Shown: positions 26,296-37,181 of the stretch, piece after piece
How the letters are laid out: each line of letters opens with the position of its first letter
Position numbering within the stretch: the stretch's first letter is position 1
Source: Takakia lepidozioides
Lineage: Eukaryota > Plantae > Bryophyta
Assembly (NCBI GenBank): GCA_030704615.1
Contig: CM060732.1
Location: 20,274,001 to 20,338,000, forward strand
Length of the DNA stretch: 64,000 nt
Direction: 5' to 3'
Made by a program: the position numbers and the translations under genes
Notes under the pieces: model-generated
What the model was told of the DNA's origin: nothing
The model's input: only the letters and a program-made list of their open reading frames with translations
Databases searched by the model: none

Positions 26296-27466
26296 ATGGC
26301 CTTGGTGCGTAGTACTAGCTGTGTAGCACGCAGAGAGGGAGAAAGTCTGTCGGTGGAAGTTGATTTGGTTCTTGAGATTGAGACTGACCCTGCTTTGACA
26401 GTAGCGACTGATCTTGCTGTCACTAACCCCTCTCGACGTGCGCTGCTTGGCATTGTTGCCTCGCCAGTGTCACCCCTGCCTGAACCCAGCACTGATGGTC
26501 CTGGTCTTGTCGTGCATCTAAATTCAAATAGCCCTAGATATGATGTTGATGTGAATGAGGCCGAGGTCTGGTCACCAAGAGATGAGAGGTCACCCAGCTC
26601 TTTAGATAGCTGCGATCTTGAGTACTATAATTTTGACAATTTCTATGATCCAGGTCCTGATTACGAGTGTCCGAGACAACGAGAGAGAGAGTTTGAGAGG
26701 GATATTGAGCGCTCTCAGGAGTATGATGAGTCTCTAGGGGAATTGCTTCCAAAGGATGTGCAGTGGTTTGAAAAGTTTGAAGCATCTGTTCGCGAGGATG
26801 TTCGTCGTCTAAACAGTCATCACAAAGCGATTTTTGTGTGCCCTGGGGCTAGTTCTGGCTCTGGGAGAGAGAGTGCGTTGTGCCAGACCCGAGCCGTCGT
26901 GGCTGTCAGAAACTCCCTGTGCTTGCGACCAGAAGTGTTCAAGGCTCGTCTTCTTCATCATCGGCAGGTGGCCTGGGAAGCGCTCGGGCTCCACCTACCA
27001 TTATCAGTTCGCCGTGAGTCGGGCCTGTGGCAGACGACCGAACGGACAGCATGCTCGTGGCTCTCGTTGCTGCTTGAAGGCTCTGGAGCCTTGTTGTTGC
27101 GAGCTCTTCGATTTCACGCCCGGGTCCTGTTGTTACAAGCCCACGATGGTAGACTTGGTGGATGGTCTCGTGGGAGGTAGTTTGCATGTACAATCGTCCG
27201 ACATCATGATTTTGCCAGGTACCTGCTTTGAAGAACAGCGTGTCCTTTGCCCTCGCATTGCAGATCACCTGGATAGTTTCCCAATTCCTCAGTGTTGTCT
27301 CGGACGTGGGAGGACAACGACACGACGCGGGTGGATTTATGGATTAAGGACGAGAGGGTATGGGAGTGGCTGGCGTTGGCAGTGTATAGTTCTGATTCCC
27401 ACGACCTGCTCAAGCTTCTTTCTTGCTCTGTTTGGACTCCCGAAGCTTCATGGGTGCCGAGCCCAA
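26296..27466 (+). pseudogene. Extra ORF of unknown function between PBS and gag (frameshifted, Cys-rich), cut by the CACTA insertion and continuing at 37066-37093
   Basis: Overlapping ORFs 26278-27180, 26834-27493 and 27292-27516. Removing the CACTA restores ...WVPSP-RPRLLIPAA*. Confidence 0.55.
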
Positions 27467-29131
27467 CACTACAACAGATTGCGGCTTTTATGACTCCCAT
27501 GGGTGCGCAGTCATGACAAATTTGTGGCAGATATGCCATTTGCAGTCGTAAATGCCTTTTGAAGTCATAACATAGATCACAACGAAGCCGTTTATGCGAC
27601 TGTATGACTCCGAACTTTGCGCAACACAGGTCAAACACCCTTTGACCAGGAATATTGCCATGGCGGATATGACTACCAGTCAGGGTCATGCCCATACTAG
27701 AATGACGTGTGCATATTGCTAGACGGACATATGACTTCATGACTGCCACTCTAATGCATTCTGCCATATCATCACATGTCGTGATGACATGGAGAGTCTG
27801 TGACATGGAACAACTTATGAGGTGTCTACATATGATTGGTTAAGTGGTTTTGATATTGTGGTGCGGGGGATGCAAGTGAAGGGAACGGTTGCACACGAAG
27901 CAGATTAGTAGGCCGTTTGCGCTTTGTGGAGAAGAATGGAACGTGAAACCAACATGCTAGAGAGGCGATCTGGAACCGCATCTGTTTGTGACGTTACGTA
28001 GTGCATTTTAGTGTTTGTTGATCGCGGACAACATCAAAAGCAAGCCTCATACTGCGGAATGCCATACGAACAAATGATGCATTCAAGGGATAGGCAAATT
28101 CATGCAAATCATAGATTTCACTCATGACAATGATGCAAAACATTGCTCAACAAAAATCTTTGACCAGTGACCAAGAACACCAACAAAATATGAAATCCAA
28201 GACACTCTAACATATTGCCTTGTGCAATCTGCGCTGTAGCAGGCCGTCCCGGAGCTCCACGCCGTGTGGTACTGGAAGAGAAGCTTCGCAATACGGGCTG
28301 TTCCGATCCACCCACTTTGCCATGGGGGGGTGTTCTAAGAATGGGAGAGCCCATGAAGAAAGCTTCTTGTATGATAAAACAACTGAGATAACAGCTCATG
28401 TTCTTCCCTCTAATGTACATATCCCCAATGACCTGCCCCAAGCTAGAACAGCAGCAGGATGACATCAGGGAATAATGATGTGGTGCACGGCATGGAACAC
28501 CTGCAGGGCACCAACAGTGTAGTGCTGAATGTACTGCACCCTGCTTGAGCCATTCACAGATGGGGGACTGTACAAGTGAGTCAGATGGTGTTAGCTGGGG
28601 CATGAGAGAAACTGCCCATAAAATGCATCTACGCAAAGAATCATTCAACCAGCCAGAGCATCATCTATGCGGATTGCCGGATTCTTTTGGGGAAAAATGC
28701 AAACATGATAAGTAGGGACCAAGCTTAAAAGCACTCCACTGGTATTCAATGGTCCATAAACACGAGCCTGCCCAATATAAGACCCACAAAATCACTGGGG
28801 CAATTATGTAATGTAAACAGGAAGGCACATGCACTTTGTCAACAATGTACCCAAAGGCAGAACTGATGTGTAAATCTGCACGCCGTTCCAAAGTCTATAG
28901 TGACATAAATGTCATGTCCCGTTGCCAGACAGACACGCCATGTAAGTTGGACACCTCCAACACCCTGCTACAAGGACACCCCCAAGGGCAACCCTTAGTG
29001 CCAGTCTTATGAATCCCACATTATTCATGAATCAACCGGGATTACATATTGAATTTTGCCCAATACCACCCTTCATATACTTGAGATAGAGAAAGGCAGT
29101 TGGGGGGGAAAGTCGTACCTCATTCTAGGTA

Positions 29132-32100
29132 CTAGTACACAACCACATCAACCAACTCCTCATCAATGGACTCTGAATCTCCATCGCAACTGTCCTCCGT
29201 GGGACATGGATGTGCTTCCTCAGATTGCATGTCTCTGTAAAGTGAAGCAACCTCTTCAGGTGTCACTTGGATGGTCTGGCCCACCCTGTCAGCAGCAACA
29301 TTCGTCTCTTCAATGTGATTGGGGGCTAAGAGGCCCGATACACTTGCAATATCATCGTTGCAAATGCTCACATCACAAACAGCCCTGCGTGACCTGGGGT
29401 TTTTTTCCAGCACCACGTTCCATCTCGGTTCATTCACACACTCAGAGAAAAAAACTTGCTCGACCTGTGATGGGAGCACAAAAGGCTGTTCAAGTGGAGG
29501 CAACAAGTGGGAGAAATTCACCAATGTGAAGCCAGAGTCATCCTGCTTCATTGACACAGGCTGAGAGCCCACACGTCGTGCACGCACCCATGAACACAAT
29601 AGCACCGTGGTGTGTGTGGAGCCATAATCCAATTCTAAAATCTCCTTTATGACACCCACATAGCATACGCTTTCCACCACCTACTCACCTGAAATGCAAG
29701 TACAATCATGCTGGAAAACAGTAGAGACCCCCGAGTCATATGTCACAAAGGGGCTGTTGAGTCCATCTGAAGTAACCCTGAAGTGGTTTCCATAAGCCGA
29801 CATGCTCTTGTATGATGTTGCGATTAATGATGGGGGTTTGGACATGTCCAACAATTCCTTGCAGGCTGAATCAGTAGCATGGTTGGCAACACTTGACACA
29901 TGCTGGCGGACTGCTTTTACCATCCATTCTGCAAAGTGAGGGAGAGCACGGATCCTGTTCTGGTTAGCAGCATTTTCAGTCTCCAACCTGGATTTCTCCA
30001 CCTCATAGGTCCTGCCAACACACGCACAACCACATCAATTTATCTAGTGCAACCCCTGCAGCCGATGGAAGAACTACTGCACACACACCTATACAAAGCA
30101 TACCCATGCATAGCAGGTACCAGAAGCTGTGACATACACTCAAGTTTGCCACTTACCCCAACATAATGCTCAAACTGGGATGGTTGTGAATGACGTAGTC
30201 GTGGACAAGCTGCAACAATTCGACGGTCAACCTGCGTGGTCGACCAACTCCTTCCAACACCCAGCCCGACACTGATTCCTCCTCTCCTGCATCCCACACT
30301 CTCCGCCTAGTAGCATCAACAGAAGACAAGTACTTTGTACAAAATCCCAATGCCTCGTCAATCACGTAGCCCTCCGCCATACTGCCCTCAGGTTTCGCCA
30401 AGTTTCGCACATACCCTTTAAAATCCTTCATTGCTCTCTCCACCGGGTACATCCACCGAGAAGCTACAGGTCCACACAAATCCAGCTCATCCACCAAGTG
30501 GATAAGTAAATGTGTCATAACATCAAAAAATGAGGGTGGGAACTCTTTCTCTAGAAGACAAAGAGTCACTGCCACCTCCTTCTTCAATTCCTCATGCTCG
30601 GTGGGATCAATCAATTTTGCACAAAGCTTGCGAAACACACGAGACACTCTTAGTATGGCATTGCGAACCACAGGCGCCATCAACCCACGTAGAGCAAGTG
30701 GGAGGATCTGTTGCATTAGCACGTGATAATCATGTGACTTCAATTGGCTCAACTTTTGTTTGACCACATGTTTTTTGAAAGCAGAGGCATAGCCAGTGGG
30801 TACTTTCAGATTCGTGATAATCTCCAGGAACACCCGCTGCTCTGGTTTTGTGAGCACATATGGCGCATCAGGCATTACCAATGTATCCACTCTGGTGGGA
30901 TGGCGTCGTAACCAAAGAGGCTTTCAAATGCCCTGCAATTCCAGATCGCGGCGAACTTTCATCGTGTCCTTTTCCCCGAAAAGAGTCTTCATTATGTTCT
31001 CCGTCACGTTCTTCTCGCAATGCATGGTATCAAAAGTGTGGCGGATGATAAGATGTTGCACCATGTGGTCTAACAAATTAGGCACATTGCAATGTAGTCA
31101 TGAATGATGTTAACAGTACAGGTTCAGTAAACAAACAATCATGCACAATGAAAACCAATGCACTGTTTTGTTCCCAAAACACAGGTGTGGTAATCGCACC
31201 TCCCAGTAAGGCAAGTCAAACAGAATGGACAATCGTTTTACGCCATGGAGCTTGGAGGGATCGCTCTGTGCGCCTACAGTCCCACCATCATCAATCCATT
31301 GTTTGTAATGTCGTGCACGCTCCTTGATTTCGGTGGCTGTCACTGTATGTGGAGCAGGTCTCATGTCTCGCGCCCCATTAAAAAGTCTGGATCTTCTATA
31401 GGCATGATTGTGGGGAAGATACCGTCGATGCCCCTGGAATATCAATTTCTTGCAAGCTGGGGAATATCTGGAATCGACTTGAGGTCCACATGCTGGACAA
31501 GCAGAGTACCCTTGGTGAACCTGACCTGATAATAAGCCATAGGCGGGGAAGTCATGTATGGACCACATGAGGACTGCACGCATGGTAAAAGCCCGCTCTC
31601 CTTCAATGGCTGCCACATCCACGACTGCAACTCCCACCCACAATGTCGTTAGCTCCTCCACTAGTGGTTGCAGGTAAACATCCACATTTTCACTTGTCAC
31701 AGATTCCTTTCCAGGAATGAGGAGTGTTAACATGACAAAAAAATTCTTCATTACCAACCATGGAGGTAGATTATAATTGAGCACCATGATGGGCCAGGTG
31801 GACCAACTCGCGCATTTTGTGCCATAAGGATTGACCCCATCCAGTGCCAATCCAAGACGCAAATTTCTTGGATTTGAAGCAAAATCCGGCCATGTGTTGT
31901 CAATATGGCACCAAGCCTTACTGTCTGCAGCATGCCGGACCATGCCATCTGCACTTCTATGATTGTTGTGCCACTTCATGAGCTCTGCCAGCGTCTTAAC
32001 TCGGAACATCCGTTTCAATCTAGGTATGAGAGGAAAGTATCGTAGCACCTTCTTGGGCACCTTCCCATGGCCGTCCATGTATCGAGGACTGTGGCACTTG

Positions 32101-32702
32101 GGGCAATTTGCAGCCTTTTCCAGGTCTCCACGAAACAATACACATCCACGCTCATAGGCATGGATCTGTTTGTATCCTAGACCCATCATGGCGATCATAT
32201 TTTTGGCCTCATACTGCGATTTGGGCAAGGTGTTTTGTTTGGGCAAAATCTCCAGCCTCAACAATGAAAATAACTCATCCACAAATGCGTTGGTACATCT
32301 GTGAGTGGCGCAAGAATTGAGCAACATCAATGTGGCAGTCAATCGGCTGTGAACGCTCCCATCGTATAAGGGGATTTGGGACTCTCGCATGAGTTTTTCA
32401 TGGTGAAGATCATTTGGCGCGCCTGCTTCTTCTCCGCCCATATTTTCCCCATCAGGCATTTCAGAGGGATTTGCGCCATTCTCAACAGCCTCATCATTGT
32501 CCAAGTGAAGGGCATTTGGGGCAGGTGTGGGATTCTCCCGGAGGGTATCTGATATTTCAAATGCATCTTGCACAGCATGGGCAATCTGGCCCCGTAGCCC
32601 ATTGCCGTCTTGTCCCTCCAAAATGACGTCGTTTGCAACACTCTCTACACTACATTCAGCCTCCACTTCAGAGTCGGATGTAATGTAGCCCTGTGAACGC
32701 AA
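29132..32702 (-). pseudogene. CACTA TnpD-type transposase (Transposase_21 / DUF4218 / DUF4216 regions), spliced, with premature stops
   Basis: LRYFPLIPRLKR, RNLRLGLALDGVNP, STWPIMVLNYNLPPW, DVYLQPLVEEL, HDFPAYG, DTMHCEKNV, LKSHDYHVLMQ, FFDVMTHLLIHL, WMYPVER, QPFVLPSQVEQVFF. In-frame TGA near 30925 and TAG at 29681-29683. Confidence 0.93.
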
Positions 32703-33959
32703 ATGAAAATCAGAAATTGGGATACGATGAACAGGCTTTTTTCAAAACTCCCAGACTCTGAAATTTCATTTAAACACTGTCATGTAAGCAAACACAATAC
32801 GTAGAATTGCACTAGTTCAATAGAGGTTAAAGTCTCCCCCGCACTTGCGAATCAGGAGACGAAATTGGTGCCACAGTCTTCATTTCGAAGCAGCTTGTGG
32901 AGCTCACACACAAAGACAAATGAAAACTACTCTCATATAATACGGCAAAGTAGGAACACAGTTCGAATCGAAAAACAAAACAAACATACCCTCTATGATA
33001 GAAATTGACATCCCCACATACAGACAGCTATCGTCACATACCGACAAAGTGAAAGCTCTCAACAAATATGGCCAAGTGGGCAGTGCGTTGAAGGCATGAC
33101 ACATGGCAACAAACTACCCAAAGCCCAAAATGCGGCCAGCCTTCCGACATGGCAGTCAACAGCGACCATGTAGTCATGACCCTCACTACATGACTCCAGT
33201 AAAATTGGGCGAGGTTGCAATCGTCAAGTACAATGGTAATCTTTCTTACTTGGTCCTGGCAAGTGGTCAGTAATACAGTTTGCCAGACTTCTTGAAGGAG
33301 ATAGAGACCCAGTTTTGCAATTTTGTTATGCCTTGGTTACATTTCTGTATTTCTTCCAATTGGGTCTCGCCATGGTCAGAATAGTGGTGCAACTTCATGT
33401 AAGTTGTCCCTCATGTTCATCAAGAAAGACAAGTAGAATCGTTTGAAAGTTGTATTCGGGGAGTGCGAGGTCTATGTGACGACGTGATTTTCACCAGTTT
33501 CTGCTTAGACATATTGTGTTGATGTCGTTGCTTGAGAGCTGCTCTCATTCTCTGATTTCAGATTATGTGTACTGGCAGAGTTGTGAAGCTCCATGAAATT
33601 GTTGCTTTCTGAGTTCTGGAGGCACAATAATTTGTATTAAGCCATTCCCCAAATGAATGAAACTCATTATTAAGAGCTAATTTGCACTTGATTGTTTCAA
33701 CCATGCCTTGATGGTGAGGAAACTAGCCTGCACTCATGCTTGGGCAATTTCCAATGCAGGCACAGGAGCGAGGCCGAAGTCCATCGTTGCATGAAATCCA
33801 AAAAGGTTCAGTAAGCAGAACATTGACCAGCGAGCGGATGGTGAGATTCGAGCAGATCATTCTTTCTCCCATTTTTTGTCGATTATTTTGTTCTAGGCAT
33901 TTTCCCTACCAACGGCATGATGTTCTCATGTTGTTCATGGACTTGCGTGGACCTGGCAG

Positions 33960-35853
33960 GAGGGGACCTCTGGGTATTTAGCAGTTGCTTGCAAAGTGGA
34001 GGATATGGAAAGAGCACAGGGTGCACAACACAAAGATATAATGGATTTGAAGGCTACAATATCGCATGTGATGATGTACCAGAAGGCCATGGCAGAGAAA
34101 TTTGGGATCAGCATTTCCTCACCTGCCTTAGTGGGCTCATCCATAGCAAACAGCTTGTGCATCGCTGGCCCTTCAGCCTCGAGACGTCTGGAGGACAGGT
34201 TTGACTTGCCTGGCATGTCACCAGGTAACGTCACTCCAGTTGATGCATTCGAGGATGATGTGCAGGTGGAGCATGTTGGCCCAGGTGGAGGGGAGGACAC
34301 CCCTACCAAGGAACTTACGCGTCCTCGTGCAGTTGTGTCACACTGTGCGGTAGTGGAGGCGCATGCAGAACTCCGGCCTGCTGCTGTCGCGGTGGGGGCA
34401 TCTGAGAGAACCCTGGACATTGACCTTGTTTCCCCACTGGCAGATATTACCCAGCAACCCACGGTTGTCACTTCCACTCCCAACCTCCAATTCATGAAGG
34501 AGAATGTCGTGCACAGAACAGTGGAGAAGGGCAAGCATTTGCTCATCCTAGATATTAATGGCTTGCTGTGTGAGTGCGTCCATGTCGGGAGCGGTAATGC
34601 GTTTGTGGTTCCAAATGGCCTTGGGCACAAATTATGTGGTAGCAAGATGGTCGTTGTAAGGCCTGGTTGCAAAGCTTTTTTGGACAAGTGTTTTGAACAC
34701 TTTGAAGTGGCAGCATGGTCTTGTATGCAACCACGTAACTTCCTACCCACAGTGGACTGGCTTTTCCATGGGCACGGTGACCTTGCATTCAAGTGGGATG
34801 GGGGATATTGTGAGCAGTCCACTGACATGGATGGGAGCCTGCCCATGAAACCACGGTTTTTGAAGAACCTATCTACAGTGTGGCGGGGCAACCGTGACTG
34901 GAATCCTGAAACGACTCTTCTTGTTGACGACACACCGCACAAGGGGTCGAACAATCCAACATACGACGCAATTTTCCCACTGCCTTGGAGAAGTCGTTCT
35001 GTAGAGGCGCACAATGATAATTTTCTTCTGACCAGCTTATGGCCCTTCTTGGAGGGGGTAGCTAAGGCTCCGAGCATTCCAGAATATCTCAAAGGGCAAC
35101 CCACATTTGGGCACATTCGAATTTTTGTGTGACTCCCTTGTGCCATTGCCAGCCTCATTTGTGCTTAAGTTGTGGCAGTAATCAACCTTGTGATAGAGTT
35201 TGTCAAATTACTGTCGCAGTGTGAACTGTAGGCATTGACAGTCAATGGTGCATCTTATTGTGTTACTGTCATTTGAGTTCCCAGTGTATGCCAAAAAACA
35301 TTTTTGGTGCTTGTTGGTTGGTTGTAGGTGCTTGGCCACGAACGAGGCCCCCCAAGTCAAAGGGCAGCACACCTTCACCCTTTCAGGAAGCCGACACCAC
35401 TGATCCCTGATTCGCAGAATGGGGTAAGTGTATGCATCTGCTATTCTCCCCTTCCCGACCTGGATAGACAAATTGTTATTAACTCATTGTAGACCTTGTA
35501 GACACAATACTTTGCACGATCTGTGTTCCATAATTCTCATGCAATCTGCCATGTTTGGGGTGGGATGGCAGTTCGTGGTGGGAGACCATGTCAAGCTCAT
35601 AGACACTGTTTTGCGATCAACAGCCGGATCTGGCTGCATTGCTGGTCTCCAAGGGATGGAGGTGAGTGAAGGGTACCCTGTCGTGCCAGAAGGCTATATG
35701 GCCATCCACATTGATGATGTCCGCATTCCCAATGCCCCTCTACCATATCACAACAAATCCATAAAGCCTCATCACACTGAGTTGGGAGACACTGTAGGTT
35801 ACATTACTGTGTGGAGTGACAAACTAGTGAAGACCTTGCAGACAAAGAGATGA
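33960..35853 (+). CDS. CACTA second gene: FCP1/NIF-like HAD phosphatase domain plus TnpA/Tnp1-like (DUF8039-type) C-terminal domain; probable exons ~33960-35126, 35328-35423, 35571-35853; 5' exons uncertain
   Basis: HLLILDINGLL, VRPGCKAFL..CFEHFEVAAWS, FLKNLSTVW, TLLVDDTPHK..NP...AIFP (HAD motifs I-IV). The last exon AGSGCI..VPEGYMAIHIDDV..PNAPLPY..LGDTVGYITVW resembles CACTA TnpA-like C-termini. GT-AG junctions are phase-0 compatible. Confidence 0.75.
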
Positions 35854-37181
35854 GGCAGGTCGGCACGCATTGTGGATTTCATGGGGATTTCCACCTCTGC
35901 CTCATCCGGATTTGGCAACTACGGTAACTTATAGTAGTGACAGATTCTCTGAATTGACTGTCCAATTTTGATAGCAACCACATGTTGGATTTCCTCATGC
36001 ATGTTGTTGCAAACTTATGCCTCATTAATGAGCAATGTGGTGGTAGGTGGTATGTCCCCATTGCACACACTATGGTTGGTAATGTTGCTGCTGGGAGAAT
36101 GTGGTTGATAATGGTGATGCTGGATGGTGATGTTGCTGCTATTTGTGCTCTTTCAGAATTACGTCTGTGCCACTTCTGTGCCTAAAGTCTTGCTGTATAC
36201 ATGATTGTGATGTTGTATGGCATATGCACGTGGCACCCTATTGGCTGCCTCTGTGGCATATCCACGTGTCCGTCTAGAGTCATAACCATGAGTACCGAAC
36301 CCAATATGATACGTGTATGAGCATATTACATTCCGACACGTGACCCCCTAAGGTCCCCACGCAGTTGGTCTTATGACTCCATATGCAAAACGTCCAGTCA
36401 AATGTATGTCTACGAAGCAGCATGTGAGGTTTAGAGGATCGTGCACGCGGTACCACGTGGGACTACAACGTCCTCATGGAAAGGGTGATCATGGAATATA
36501 CCGTACTGCGCCAGTCATAGGTATGACTGGCAAGAATCCACCGTAGCTCCCGAAAGTCCAGCACGTGGGCACACACGATCGTGGCACGTGGTGTCCCCAG
36601 ATGCTGCCATGTGTTGATACCAATTCCCCCCCCCATCAAGACATACATGTGACTGCGAAGCCCCGTCCCCGACAGCGACACGTGGCATTGATATGTCGCA
36701 CCACGCGTTTCTTCTACGACGCGACACGTGCTGTCGTTTAGTTCCCTTGTCCACTGTCATAGCTGGCAGTCAGGGATGCGTCGCAGTCTGACACGTGACA
36801 TGTTATGTAGCTAGCACGTGTCTGCCTTACACCGCGGCTGACATGGACTACACTGTCCGTTCAGTCATTCTGTAATGCCAACGTGTATGACTACCCCCAC
36901 AGATGCTCTGGCGCCACGTCACAGCCAGCCTGGAGAGTCATATCTGCCATGTCACAATTGACTAGGGCTTTACGTCTGCAGAGTCAGGAAGTCGTAAATG
37001 GCTTCCATGACTGCATTTGCAGTCATAACACAGAGATGTAAAAGCCGCAATCTGTTGTTGTGCAAGGCCGCGACTGCTCATCCCGGCGGCTTAGAGGTTC
37101 TTTCTTTTCCACAATTGTCTTTGTTTTTGCATGCCAAACGCATCTGCAAGTTCTTGGTTGCGATCTGGTAGACAGAGGTTC

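Larger units (their letters stand above)
27467..37062. mobile_element. CACTA (En/Spm) DNA transposon with both termini, 9,596 bp, nested in the Gypsy element
   Basis: Left TIR CACTACAACAGATTGCGGCTTTTA. Right end TAAAAGCCGCAATCTGTTGTTGTG is its reverse complement with one mismatch. 3-bp TSD CAA (27464-27466, 37063-37065). Dense ATGAC/GTCAT subterminal repeats at both ends. Confidence 0.97.

Noticed and set aside
33935-35158. 407-aa minus-strand ORF
   Set aside because: Antisense to the phosphatase-domain ORF, with no recognisable motifs.
37166-37180. TGGTAGACAGAGG as the Gypsy PBS, implying a ~1.9-kb LTR
   Set aside because: LTR homology ends at 26102, directly before a better tRNA-Ala-like PBS, and the 3' LTR has its own terminus and TSD.
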